DNA of 64,000 nucleotides, taken from positions 4,575 to 68,574 of the forward strand of contig WJIU01000009.1 of the NCBI GenBank assembly GCA_014730115.1, written 5' to 3'. A model generated the notes under the pieces. The model searched no databases. It was given only the letters and a program-made list of their open reading frames with translations, and was not told the origin of the DNA. Position 1 is the first letter of the stretch; every line of letters starts with the position of its first letter. The position numbers and the translations under genes are program-made. This DNA is from Candidatus Micrarchaeota archaeon (GTDB lineage: Archaea > Micrarchaeota > Micrarchaeia > Anstonellales > Bilamarchaeaceae). This document shows positions 27,232-37,600 of the stretch, in pieces.

Positions 27232-28008
27232 ATGCCAAAGGAAGCTTTCGGGGGAGACGACGAGGAGGGCGAAGGAGCAGAAATCAAAAGGCTCGACCTT
27301 TCCAAGTACGGTCTTGCCCCGGACAAAAACATAAGGGATATATTCTGGAATATCATGGCTTCTTACTCTGCTACAAAGAAGCCGGGGACAGACTTGTCCC
27401 TGCTCCGGCCGGACCGGTTTGCGCTGATGAGGGTGGCGCTTTCGGTCCTTTCCCGCCCCAACCAGGACTATGGCCTGTCCCCTCGCTTCATTGCGAGATA
27501 TACCCTGATGATGCTCATTGACGCAGGGTGGGAAGACGCCCTGATGAAATTCCTGGAAAAAAGTTCAGAGTCCATGGCAAAGGAGAATGTTGGCCAGGCA
27601 GTTAAAAACCTCTTGCTGCTGGAAAACTACAGGGAGCTGATTGGCAAGGCGCTTTCCAAGATGCTGAGAAACAGGGAAACCCTGGGAACTGCCCTGAACT
27701 ATATTGCAGAAAGCGAAAGCAGAGAGCTGGCGGAAGCAGCCAAGCAGGAGCTGATAATCCTGGCAAGGGGAGACATCGGAACAAACCAGCTGAACGCAAT
27801 CAGGGCACTTTCCCAAATGAAGGATGATGCCGGGGCAAAGAAGGCTTTCCTGATTCTGCTTTCCCACTGGGACGAGAGAGCCCGGCTTGCAGCGGCCCGG
27901 GCGCTTCTGGACATGAAGGACGGGGAAGTCAAAAAAGCAGCCCAAAAAAGACTGGCCAAGGAAACTTCCCAGGAAGTGCAGAAAGTTTTGGAGAGGCTAG
28001 CAAAATGA
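27232..28008 (+). CDS. HEAT-repeat-like hypothetical protein
   Basis: Helical repeats such as NAIRALSQMKDDAGAKKAFLILLSHWDERARLAAARALLDMKDGEV. No catalytic motif. Confidence 0.5.
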   Translation: MPKEAFGGDDEEGEGAEIKRLDLSKYGLAPDKNIRDIFWNIMASYSATKKPGTDLSLLRPDRFALMRVALSVLSRPNQDYGLSPRFIARYTLMMLIDAGWEDALMKFLEKSSESMAKENVGQAVKNLLLLENYRELIGKALSKMLRNRETLGTALNYIAESESRELAEAAKQELIILARGDIGTNQLNAIRALSQMKDDAGAKKAFLILLSHWDERARLAAARALLDMKDGEVKKAAQKRLAKETSQEVQKVLERLAK

Positions 28009-28547
28009 ATGAAAAGGAAACCGAAATAGTGAAGATACCCGAAGAAAGGGTGGGTGTACTGATAGGAAAGGAGGGAAGCGCAAGGCAGCTTCTGGAAAAG
28101 AAATGCAACGTTGAGCTGAGCATAGATTCAGAGGGCGAGGTCCGGATAACCGGGAACCCCACCAGTGTATTCTTCTGCCTTGATGTCGTAAAGGCGATAG
28201 GGAGGGGATTCAAGCCAAAAACCGCACTCCTCCTTCTCAAGGATGATTACCTGCTTTACATAATACACTTGAAGGAAATAGTGGACTCAGACCGGGCAAA
28301 GACCAGGGTGAAAGGCAGGGTAATAGGCGAAAAGGGAAAGATAAAGGAACAGATTGAAAGCTCCACCGAATCCTGCATATCTGTCTACGGAAATACCATA
28401 AGCCTGATTGCAAAGATGGATGCAATGGAGCGGGTAAAGGAGGCGGTTAACATGCTTCTCAACGGTGCCAAGCACACCACCGTCCTGAACTTTCTGGCAA
28501 AAACAAAAAGGGAGCTCATGACGGAAAGGCTTAGGAACAGCCAATAA
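28005..28547 (+). CDS. KH-domain RNA-binding protein (archaeal Dim2/Pno1-like)
   Basis: VKIPEERVGVLIGKEGSARQLLEKKCNVELSIDSEGEV and a second KH-like segment RVKGRVIGEKGKIKEQIE. Confidence 0.8.
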   Translation: MNEKETEIVKIPEERVGVLIGKEGSARQLLEKKCNVELSIDSEGEVRITGNPTSVFFCLDVVKAIGRGFKPKTALLLLKDDYLLYIIHLKEIVDSDRAKTRVKGRVIGEKGKIKEQIESSTESCISVYGNTISLIAKMDAMERVKEAVNMLLNGAKHTTVLNFLAKTKRELMTERLRNSQ

Positions 28548-28599
28548 TTAACATTTTTAATCATATTCTACCATATATATTGCATGCATGTTTCAAAGG

Positions 28600-28855
28600 C
28601 AGACAGCCCGGGCAGGGCAAACGTTTCTGCGTCGCCCGCTCAAAAAAGAACCTTCCCGGGGGAGCCAGAAATGTTGCCTCTTCCCTGGTGATTGGGCAGG
28701 GGATGTAGTACTTTGTATGCCCGCTGCTTTCCGAGACTCCGGGCATCCGCAGATGCCGCAGGATGGCTGGCGTGGGAGGCTCGGGCAAGCTTTTCCTGGC
28801 ATCAGACCAGCTGCTTTTCATAACCACTGTCGGCCGGGCAGTTGACAGGTTTTTC
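28600..28855 (+). ncRNA. Candidate structured RNA of unassigned class
   Basis: The 387-nt gap has only junk-looking ORFs (R/P/G-rich). ATATATAT at 28574-28581 lies about 25 nt upstream and a T5 run sits at 28850-28854. The ends pair (28602-28611 with 28834-28843). A helix of roughly 20 bp joins 28664-28685 to 28774-28800, and its G-U pairs are valid only on the + strand. There is also a hairpin GGCATC-CGCA-GATGCC at 28742-28757. Confidence 0.35.
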
Positions 28856-28934
28856 AAAAAGATTGCAAAACGGACCGGGCTGAAAAAGCTGGGAAAAAAA
28901 TAAGGAATGCGGCAGAAGAAAGGGAAGGCAGTCC

Positions 28935-29327
28935 ATGCAGGCCATAGAAAAGGTGCTGGGCCCGGAAAAATACCTTGCCCTGAAATACATGCGGGCTGCA
29001 GACTCCGGGAAGACCTGGAAATGGAATCCTTTCAAGCCGGCGCTTTCCGTTGAAAAGGCGGCAGATTTAACCAACAGATTCAACGAGCTTGTTGCAAGGG
29101 TGGCATCCCGGGAAAACTTAAGGGAGGAGAAGGACGCCTTCAGAAAACAACTGGAAGAGGCCCTTAAGGACGTTACCGACATTTTCGGGAGAAGGCACAT
29201 CCGCAGGATGCCGGAGTACAAAACCGCAAGGGAATCAATAACTTCCGGCGGCCCGGGGCTGCACGAAGCCTGCGATGATTTTTCTGCGCTTCTCCAGGAA
29301 CTGCAGGCAGAAAGAGAGCTCAGCTGA
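28935..29327 (+). CDS. Hypothetical protein (130 aa)
   Basis: Balanced, helical-looking composition. The overlapping 210-aa minus-strand ORF is Ser/Leu-rich, as expected for an antisense artefact. Confidence 0.5.
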   Translation: MQAIEKVLGPEKYLALKYMRAADSGKTWKWNPFKPALSVEKAADLTNRFNELVARVASRENLREEKDAFRKQLEEALKDVTDIFGRRHIRRMPEYKTARESITSGGPGLHEACDDFSALLQELQAERELS

Positions 29328-29398
29328 TTTTTTCCGCAAAATATTAATAGAACCTCAGGCAATAAAGTATCAGCGACCAAACCAAAGAGGGCTGTACC

Positions 29399-30964
29399 AT
29401 GGCAGAAGATATGTTCGAGCAGTTCAGGGAGCATTCCGTGGCAGAATTTTTCAAGAAGAACAGGCAGATGCTTGGATTTTCAGGGAAAGTGCGTTCACTA
29501 ACTATGATTGTGCATGAGTTCACAACCAATGCACTTGATGCCTGCGAGGAAGCGGGAATTCTCCCAGAAATACTTGTGGAAGTTGAAGAGCTTGACAGGA
29601 ACAAGGACCACTACCGGATGACAATCAAGGACAACGGTCCGGGAATACCAAAGTCCCACCTGGGCAAGGCCCTGGGCCAGATGCTTGCAGGAACAAAGTT
29701 CCACCGCTATCTCCAGCAGAGGGGGCAGCAGGGGATAGGGGCTGCGGCCTGCACCATGTTTTCCTATGTAACCACCGGCCAGTCCACCAAGGCAGTCACC
29801 TGCCACAAGGGAAAAAGAATCGTTGCCGACATAGCGATAGACTTCAAGAAAAACAAGCCGGTCATCACCGTTCTGGAAGAGAATTCTGCCGAGGAAACAG
29901 GGCTTACCGTTACCGCGGAATTCAAGGATGTAAGATATGAAAGAAGCAATTATGGAGTCTATGAATACCTGAAAAGGACTGCGCTGGCCAACCCCCATTG
30001 CAGCATAACCCTGGTCGAGCCGGACAATGAGCAGACAACATTCCCGCGCTCGGTTGAAAAAAACCCCAACAGGCCTTACGAAATACAGCCCCATCCGCTG
30101 GGCCTTACTCCCCACGACCTTCTGGAATTCGCCAAGCACAGCAGGGAAAACAAGAGGCTGTCCTCGTTTCTGCAGAACACGTTTGCAAGAGTGAGTGCGG
30201 CCAAGGTAAATGAGCTGAGGGAGCTCACACCTAAACTGAACTTCAACAAACGGCCCGACAAGCTGACCTGGGACGAGGCGGAGAGGCTGGTCAAGGCATT
30301 TTCCCAGGTCAAGTGGATTGCCCCGGCCATGGACTCTCTTGTCCCCATAGGTAAAGAACGGGTTGAGGCGTCCTTCACCAACATATTCAATCCCGAGGTG
30401 CTGATGGTCACCGAAAGAAAGCCAAAGGTATACCGCGGGGGAATCCCGTTCATGGTGGAAGTTGGAATAGCCTATGGCGGGGGGGTATCCGCAGCCCAGA
30501 AAAGGGGAGAGGTGATGCGTTTTGCCAACAAGGTGCCACTATTGTTTGACGCCGGAGGCTGTGCAATCACCGAGACCATAAAGACCATGGACTGGAAGAG
30601 GTACAACATCAGGAATTTCGAGGAAGAGCCTATTGCAGTGCTGATAAACCTTGTTAGCGTCCATGTTCCCTACACCAGTGCAGGAAAGCAGGCGATTTCC
30701 CATGAGGAAGACGTCATGCTGGAGATAAAAAACTCGGTGATGGAGGCCTCCCGGGGGATACAGCGGTACATATCCAGCAAGAAGAAGGCCCATGAGATTG
30801 CAACCAAGAAAAAGGTGATTGGCCGCTATGTCCACCAGCTTTCCTCTGACCTGGCCAGCCTGGCTGATGCAGATGCCGAGAGGATTGAGAAAAAACTGAA
30901 TAAGCTGATAGAGGAAAGGTACGTTAGAAGAAAAGAAGAGGGTGATTCAACTGAAAACAACTAA
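29399..30964 (+). CDS. top6B: DNA topoisomerase VI subunit B
   Basis: Bergerat-fold motifs HEFTTNALDACEEAG, DNGPGIP and GQQGIGAAA; 521 aa. It overlaps top6A. Confidence 0.95.
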   Translation: MAEDMFEQFREHSVAEFFKKNRQMLGFSGKVRSLTMIVHEFTTNALDACEEAGILPEILVEVEELDRNKDHYRMTIKDNGPGIPKSHLGKALGQMLAGTKFHRYLQQRGQQGIGAAACTMFSYVTTGQSTKAVTCHKGKRIVADIAIDFKKNKPVITVLEENSAEETGLTVTAEFKDVRYERSNYGVYEYLKRTALANPHCSITLVEPDNEQTTFPRSVEKNPNRPYEIQPHPLGLTPHDLLEFAKHSRENKRLSSFLQNTFARVSAAKVNELRELTPKLNFNKRPDKLTWDEAERLVKAFSQVKWIAPAMDSLVPIGKERVEASFTNIFNPEVLMVTERKPKVYRGGIPFMVEVGIAYGGGVSAAQKRGEVMRFANKVPLLFDAGGCAITETIKTMDWKRYNIRNFEEEPIAVLINLVSVHVPYTSAGKQAISHEEDVMLEIKNSVMEASRGIQRYISSKKKAHEIATKKKVIGRYVHQLSSDLASLADADAERIEKKLNKLIEERYVRRKEEGDSTENN

Positions 30965-32048
30965 TGCCCAGAAAAAGCTGAAAGAGCTCGGAGAGCAGAT
31001 GGTCAGTGAAATCAGGAAAGGGGAAGGGCCAAAGTTTGAGAGCACCCTGAGGACCAGGAGCAATACCATTTATGACGAGGCAGTGGGATGCCTCCGGACC
31101 GGAGACAAAAAGGAGACAAGGAAATTCCTGAGCGTCGCCCAGGCAAGGACATTCATGCAGACAGTCGCAATCGCTGCAAAAACCAGGAGGTTCCTGCAGG
31201 AGGAACTGCACACCTCAATCAGGGGCCTTTTCTACCAGCTGAAATTCACCCTGGGGGAAGACATTGATGAGGACTTGTTTACCGAACAGGGGGAGTCCAA
31301 CGCCCTGATTGAAGACCTTGAAGTTGCACTGAACGTGAAGAGGGAGGACCTGCACCTTACCACTGACCGGAAGGGCTTTGTTGCCGGCTCCATGAAAATC
31401 AAGGACAAGTTCGGGGGGGAAGAAACGACAATTGACCTCTCCAGGCAGGGAAGAAGCGGGTGGAGCGTCCCCAGCGACGTGGACAACAACATGGAGATAG
31501 ACAGCCTGGATGCTGATTTTGTGCTGGTGGTGGAGAAAGACGCGCTCTGGCAGCGCCTCAACGAAGACAAGTTCTGGAGAGAGGAAAACTGCCTTCTGGT
31601 AACCCCCAAGGGGCAGTCCACCAGGGGGACGAGAAGGCTGCTTCGCAAGCTTGCGGACAAAAAGCTGCCGGTATACTGCCTCATGGACTGCGATGCATGG
31701 GGGTGGTACATCTACTGGACAATCAAGACCGGAAGCATGAACCTTGCCTATCTGGGCAGGGACTTTGCTGTTCCTGAAGCAAAATTCATCGGAGTCACAA
31801 TGAGCGACATCAAGGAGTTCCCGTTCCTGGAGAAGCTGACCATCAGGGCCAAGGATGTTGATGTAAAGCGTGCCGAAGAAATGATGGGCTACCCCTGGAT
31901 AAACCGGCACAAGGACTGGGTCAGGGAACTCAAGCTTGTTTTGAAAACCAGGAAAAAGCTGGAGCAGGATGCCCTCCAGGGAGAGAGGCTTACATTTGTT
32001 GGCGAATACATAAAGAAGAAAATAGAGAACAAGGAATGGCTGAGATAA
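30942..32048 (+). CDS. top6A: DNA topoisomerase VI subunit A (Spo11 family)
   Basis: IRGLFYQL (catalytic Tyr context), FVLVVEKDALWQRL and the Toprim segment VTPKGQSTRGTRRLL...YCLMDCDAWGWYI. Confidence 0.95.
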   Translation: MIQLKTTNAQKKLKELGEQMVSEIRKGEGPKFESTLRTRSNTIYDEAVGCLRTGDKKETRKFLSVAQARTFMQTVAIAAKTRRFLQEELHTSIRGLFYQLKFTLGEDIDEDLFTEQGESNALIEDLEVALNVKREDLHLTTDRKGFVAGSMKIKDKFGGEETTIDLSRQGRSGWSVPSDVDNNMEIDSLDADFVLVVEKDALWQRLNEDKFWREENCLLVTPKGQSTRGTRRLLRKLADKKLPVYCLMDCDAWGWYIYWTIKTGSMNLAYLGRDFAVPEAKFIGVTMSDIKEFPFLEKLTIRAKDVDVKRAEEMMGYPWINRHKDWVRELKLVLKTRKKLEQDALQGERLTFVGEYIKKKIENKEWLR

Positions 32049-32049
32049 A

Positions 32050-34629
32050 TTACTCTTCCCCTGTTTCATCTTCTTCGTCAAGTATGTACGGGCTTCCGCT
32101 GGAAGGCAGATAATCCTCCCAGTCATCTTCATAGGCAAGCTGAATCAGCCTCTTGTCCGGCGGGCACCACGCGATTTCACAGCCGTTCTTCAGCTGGTAG
32201 TAAGCGGCCATCTTGTTGGCACCGGGGTCTGCCTGCCTTGGGAGGTACTGTATTTCACAGTCATGGACATACTCCACGAAATCAGTGTAGCCGTAGCACT
32301 GGTCAAGGTCGGGAAGGCCGTCATCAGTGCATTCCGGAGGATACTCGTCCTTGTCCCTGTTGTCCTCGCACCACTCTGCATCAATCTCCCAGCTGTCCCT
32401 GAAATTGTCCGCCCAGCACCTCCCGTTGTTCCACGATGACGGACATTCCGGGTTGGAGGAGCCGGCATACCAGAATCCTGCGTACATGTTGGCTGCTATG
32501 TAGGCGGCAAAGACGCTGTCCTTTTCATAGTCCTCCTCTCCCCAGTTGAGATAGGCACGGTTGTTCTCTATCCAGGTCCTTGCATCCCCCAGGTTTTCGG
32601 CCATCTTGGCGGTTCCGAAGCAGAGGGTATGGCTTACATTGAACGGGTTGAAACGGCCGTCCGGAGCACAGGCGCGGGCTGCTGGAATCCTCTGGTCTCT
32701 CATGCTCGGGGTGTCAAAGCCGCTCCGGTCGAATATGTCATAGTAGGGGTTGTCCACTCCCGGGGTGAGGCCCTCGGGAAGCTTGTCGTCGGGCCAGAAG
32801 GTGTACGGGGGGTCGGTAACCTGCATAAGCCCCAGGGCGCACCACCTCCACTGCGGGGAATCGGTATCTGAGTCAGGGGCAATGGCAAACGTGCAGTTGC
32901 CGGCAGGGTCGTACATCTCATCATAGGCAGGCTTGGCATAGCATTCACTGGCGCCGCTGGTCACCCGTGCAAAACACCCGGCCCCTTCGTAATCGGCGGC
33001 ACACACCTTGGCCGCGGCACAGGGGTCGAATCCCGATTCGGTGCGTATGAAAGCGCGCACAAGCAGGGGGTCGATGTTCCTGCGGTCTGCCCATGCCTCT
33101 ATCTCAGGGAAAGAAGTGCACCATTCCTCGGGGGGCGTTCCGGTCATTGAAACGCTTGCCACGCCGAAGTTGAACGGCGGCTCTTCCCTGGTCAGATTGT
33201 TGGTGATGCAGTCCATGCACCGGTAGAGCACAGGGTCTGGGTCGTCAAGCTCGGACTGTACAGGGTTTAGAAGGTCCCCTCCCCCGCCAAGGTTGGCATA
33301 CTGCACCTGCCTAATCATGAAGTCAAGGTTTCCTCCCTGGTCGCAGTAGCCTGCAGATTCATTTGGAAATATAATAGGGGTTCCCGCACCGCGGGTATTT
33401 GTGGAGCCGCTGGAAATCTGGGCATAGTCCTGGCATCCTGCGAACCAGGAGCGCAGCCGGTTCTGGTTTTTGGCCAGGTCACAGTCGTTGCACTCCAGGG
33501 GGTTCATGACCCCATATTGAGTGGAGTACATGGAATAGGGAGCCGCCCCTATTACGCCCTTCTGCTGAAGGGCAAGTATGGTGTCCGGCCAGAACGCTGA
33601 GTATGCCTCGGTCATGAGGTTCTCGCTCCACTGGCAGGTGTTGTCTGCATCCGGGCCGGACGAATCAAAGAGAATGTAGGGTATTATGGTCGGCTTTCCA
33701 TGGTTGTACAGTGCATGCTCGGAAAAGTTCAGGGCCTGGCTCATGATTATGTCATCAGGGTCGCAACCATGGGCATACCTGTAGTCAATGCCATAGGCAA
33801 CCAGGTCCACCTCTTCCTTGATTCCGGGGGTGTTGAGCAGTGCATCCATCGCCTCGTAGTCATTGAACTTGGGGGCAACCGCCACAAAGCAGTTGATTTC
33901 CCCGCTCTCGGCATGGCGGTTGGGATTGCATTCATCGTTGATTCTCCTCACCTGCTCTGCCACCAGGTCGGCCTGGCTGGCGTCGGCGTTCATCTCTGTG
34001 ACCACCACTACCGGTCCGACCGGTCCCTCGGTCAGGGTGCCCAGGGTCACATCATCCCCTTCGGTATAAAGCACATGGGCAATGTCCCCTGCCCTGGTGG
34101 CATCAATGTCCTCGCCCCCGCTGTACATTACATACACCGGCATGACATCCTTGGTCAAAAGGCATATTGCCCGGCTGGCGTCGGGAAGCCCATAGGGGTT
34201 CTCTTCATCAGCAAGCAGCCACTGCACCGCCATGCTGAGCCCGTAATGGCAGTAGGTCTGTGCATCCGAAAAGTCGGAAATAGAAGGCCCCTGGCCTATC
34301 ATGAACTGCCGTATCATGATGCCCTCATTGTCATCCCCCCAGAGCAGGTCGGAGGTTGTCTGCCTTGTGCAGTTGGTATTCCACTGACAGCTCCCGCCGG
34401 CCAGGTTGTTTGACATGCCAAGTGATTCGATGTTCAGGCCGCTCTCGCACACGAAGCAGTGGCAGCTTCCAACCTGGCATTCCTCCAGCTGGCTGGGGTC
34501 GGAAACCGCAATCCTGCCGTGCTGCCGGATGTCGTCGTAATAGCTTTGTGCGTACTGGGAGCCGCCCATGTTGCTTACGCATCCGTATGCAAGCAGGAGC
34601 AACATTACAAATATGGCAAATTTTCTCAT
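32050..34629 (-). CDS. Secreted, cysteine-rich 859-aa protein with a lytic-transglycosylase (SLT/GH23)-like core and acidic C-terminal tail
   Basis: Signal peptide with lipobox-like LLAYGC and about 36 Cys by my count. LLVRAFIRTESGFDP (aa 522-536), CALGLMQVTDP (aa 597-607) and FAAYIAANMYAG (aa 707-718) resemble the three SLT motifs. AGGAG lies 6 nt before the ATG. Confidence 0.6.
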   Translation of the reverse strand: MRKFAIFVMLLLLAYGCVSNMGGSQYAQSYYDDIRQHGRIAVSDPSQLEECQVGSCHCFVCESGLNIESLGMSNNLAGGSCQWNTNCTRQTTSDLLWGDDNEGIMIRQFMIGQGPSISDFSDAQTYCHYGLSMAVQWLLADEENPYGLPDASRAICLLTKDVMPVYVMYSGGEDIDATRAGDIAHVLYTEGDDVTLGTLTEGPVGPVVVVTEMNADASQADLVAEQVRRINDECNPNRHAESGEINCFVAVAPKFNDYEAMDALLNTPGIKEEVDLVAYGIDYRYAHGCDPDDIIMSQALNFSEHALYNHGKPTIIPYILFDSSGPDADNTCQWSENLMTEAYSAFWPDTILALQQKGVIGAAPYSMYSTQYGVMNPLECNDCDLAKNQNRLRSWFAGCQDYAQISSGSTNTRGAGTPIIFPNESAGYCDQGGNLDFMIRQVQYANLGGGGDLLNPVQSELDDPDPVLYRCMDCITNNLTREEPPFNFGVASVSMTGTPPEEWCTSFPEIEAWADRRNIDPLLVRAFIRTESGFDPCAAAKVCAADYEGAGCFARVTSGASECYAKPAYDEMYDPAGNCTFAIAPDSDTDSPQWRWCALGLMQVTDPPYTFWPDDKLPEGLTPGVDNPYYDIFDRSGFDTPSMRDQRIPAARACAPDGRFNPFNVSHTLCFGTAKMAENLGDARTWIENNRAYLNWGEEDYEKDSVFAAYIAANMYAGFWYAGSSNPECPSSWNNGRCWADNFRDSWEIDAEWCEDNRDKDEYPPECTDDGLPDLDQCYGYTDFVEYVHDCEIQYLPRQADPGANKMAAYYQLKNGCEIAWCPPDKRLIQLAYEDDWEDYLPSSGSPYILDEEDETGEE

Positions 34630-34672
34630 GGAAAACTCCTGAATAAAATAAGATAAGAAAGAAATAAAAGGG

Positions 34673-37600
34673 CTAATACAGCACCGTTCCGCAGGAACAC
34701 CTGCTGCCCCTCACGCCGGCCCTGCTGCATCTCGGGCAGTAGACCACCATGTGGAGCTTGTGCGGCTGCATGAGCCTTGAGGTTCCCCTTCCGAGGCTGC
34801 GTGCAGTGCTCTTGAGGCCCTGTCCGTAGCCTCCCCTGCGTCCCTCCTTTGCACGCCTCACATAATTGGACACCATGTCCCTGGGCGTAAGGCTGGTCGG
34901 GTAGAGAGGCACTGGCATGTGCCACATGAACGCTATGGGGTTGGCCCACCCCATAAGCGGGTTCTGCATTGCACCGAAGCCCCTGAGCTCCTGGTCCCTT
35001 CTCAATGCAAGGGCCTCTGCCGACACCGTCCTTCTGGTGGTGTTGGTCCAGGCTGCCTCCTGCACCTTCTTGTCATGCATATAGGTGGCTTCGTTGGCCC
35101 TCAGCATGTATTCTGCCATGGGCGCGTCCAGCTGCATCTCGTGCCTGTAGTTGTAGAAGCTGGCACCGGGGTTTACCTCACCGGTCCTTGCGTTTGCATA
35201 CACACCCTTCTTGTGCAGGAATACATCCTGGGGTGCCTGCCTAAGGCCGGCTGCAAACTCCGGACCTGCAAGCTGGTGCTGCTCAAGGCTTCCGCCGAAC
35301 TTATTGAGCTTGGATATCCTTTCGCTGGTCTTGCCCGGGAACCACTTGAAGGAGAACGGGTTCAGCGACTGCATTGCCTCCCTGAGCCTGGGCGGGGTGT
35401 AGTTGAACTGCCTGAGCGCATCGCCGGTTGCATCGAACTTGGCAGGAGCGCCCTGCATGGACATCTGGAGGCCCCTTATCATTCCAGTGTATGGCCTCAT
35501 CATCTTGCCCGCAAGGTTCATCGGGAACCCGTAGCCTGCCATGAAGCTAGCGTACTCGCCCCGGTCCATGTAGGCCCTGAGGTTGCTTCTGACATCAAAG
35601 TTGGCTGAAGGCCCGTAGTGGAAGAACGCCTGCCAGCTCTGCTGCTGACCGAACGAGGTCGACATCCTCCAGGGATTTCTGTCAATTGCAAAGTCCCAGA
35701 CCTGGTGGTAGGAATAATGCTGCATTGCAACATTCCTGTATGCAACCTTCTCCTCCTCGGTAAGGTTCTGCATGTCGCGGCCAGACATTATCCGGTTGGA
35801 AAGCTGCCAGGAGTGCTGCCTGTAATACTCAGACACCGGGGTAATGTCATACGATGCCTTGTGGAGCGGCCCTCCTGCGGCAAGCGCTGTCTTGGATATG
35901 TAGTCTCCGGCATGCATTCCCATGTCCCTGAACGGCTTGATGACCTTGCTGGTAAAGCCGGGGGCCTCCACGCCAAAGAACCTCATTGGCGACGGAGCCG
36001 AAGGTGTTACCTGGCGCTTGGCTTCAACCGAGACCGAGCTGTTCCTCCAGAACCTCTCGTAGTCATGGGTGGTGTTCGCATACTGCCACAGAACCGCTGC
36101 AAATACTTTCTCCTTTTCGTAGTTGTAGCCCCCTCCCTTGGCCCACTTGGTGGCCGAGCCTATGAAGTTGTCCCAGTCATGGGTGTTCTGGGAGCCGGCG
36201 ACCCGGTAGAACTCCCTCAGCAGGTCGTCCCTGTCCCCGAACTTGATTGGAATGTCTTCAGGTATGAACTTCCTGAGCTGCCCTTTCTCGTCCCTGAGTG
36301 CGACCTCGCCGGAGAGCACACGGTCCTGGTCGCTCAGCATCATGTTCTTTTTGTAGAATGCAAAGCCACCTTCATGAAGCATGACCAGGGCCTGGTTGGT
36401 CTTGGCCACATCATCGTAGGTAACCGGCTTGCTGAGCAGCGCCTCGTATTCCTTCTGGTGGGACTGCATTATGTTGGACAGGTTGGACAGGTCCCTGGGA
36501 TTGGTGGTGTCCATCTCCTCCAGGAACCTTATAGTCGGGTTGTTCTTGGCAAAGCCCTTGTCCTTTAGCGCTTTCTCCATGAAGCCGGCCATTATGCCCC
36601 CGTAGAACCTCACTGTTTCCGCAGTGGTTCCGTAGGTGTTGTGCCCGAAGTGAGAGTTGAACCTCTGCTCCATGTCCTGCTGGAGCTGGTCAAGCACCCA
36701 CAGCTTCTTTGCCTCGGAAGTGCGCTGCTGGACGGTCCAGTTGGCTGAGCCGGCTGCCCTGTCCAGCTCTGCTTCTATTGATGCCTGGTAAGGGGGCACA
36801 TAGCTCTTGGTGAACCTGGACTCAACCCACTGGCCGATTGCATAGTTCTCCCTGGGGTCAAGGCCGGAAACCCAGTGCCTCTTCATGTCCACAAGGGTAG
36901 AGCCCTTGGGCAGGGTAAGCTCCTCGTCGGCTCCCCACCAGACCATCTTCTTGGTCTTGGGGTCTATATGTCCGGTCTTGGGCATGTTCCCTCCGTACAT
37001 GAACTGCACTATCTCGTTCATTGAAGCGTTGTTTATGCTCTTGTTGTTGGTCTGCTGGAAGAGCTTTCTGCCGTCCTCGCTGAACAGGGTTATCATGTCC
37101 TTCCTGTTTCTCTCTGCAACAGCCTCCAGCTGTGTCATGTTCCGCATGTGCTCGGGAAGCTCGTGCGCGCCATGTACCGGGTTGAGGGTTCCAATCCTGT
37201 TGGCAACGTTCAGCCTGGCTGAAAGCAGCTCCTCCTTCATTCCGGCATTGGCTGCCAGGTGGCCGTTCTCCGCATCCCAGATATATGTCCGGAAAATCAT
37301 GGTTTCCCAGATCTGCGATCCCTTCAGCGAATCCCCGCCTACATGGCAGAGATAGGCATCCTCATTTGCCATCCCGCCGGTGTTTACTGACATGCGCACC
37401 TTGTTCTGCTGCTCAAGCTCCTCCTGAAGCAGAAGCAGCTTCACATGGTCAGGATGGGCAGACTGCTCTATGCTCTGGACGCTGTTGGCAAGCTTGAGAA
37501 GCTCGCCGTCAACGGTGGCACCCCTGGACTTTGCAAGGTCCAGAAGCGCGCTGAGCTTCTGCTGGCCGTCTCCGGAACCGGTAAGTATCTTTCTTATCTG

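Noticed and set aside
28700-28830. A possible SRP (7S) RNA or RNase P RNA identity for the structured region, prompted by GGAAAGCAGC and GAAAAGCAGC on the minus strand and GGGGATGTAG on the plus strand.
   Set aside because: The SRP-like words lie on opposite strands. They lack the closing G-G/C-C pairs of helix 8 and the archaeal CCAGGCCCGGAAGGGAGCA consensus. No GAGGAAAGUCC or ACAGAA..GGCUUA RNase P elements were found. The class is left unassigned.
28802-29434. A 210-aa minus-strand ORF upstream of top6B.
   Set aside because: Its Ser/Leu/Cys-rich translation is typical of an antisense frame. The overlapping plus-strand 130-aa ORF looks more protein-like, so I kept that one at modest confidence.
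31215-32138. A 307-aa minus-strand ORF.
   Set aside because: It is fully antisense to top6A, which has unambiguous Spo11/Toprim motifs, and its composition looks artefactual.
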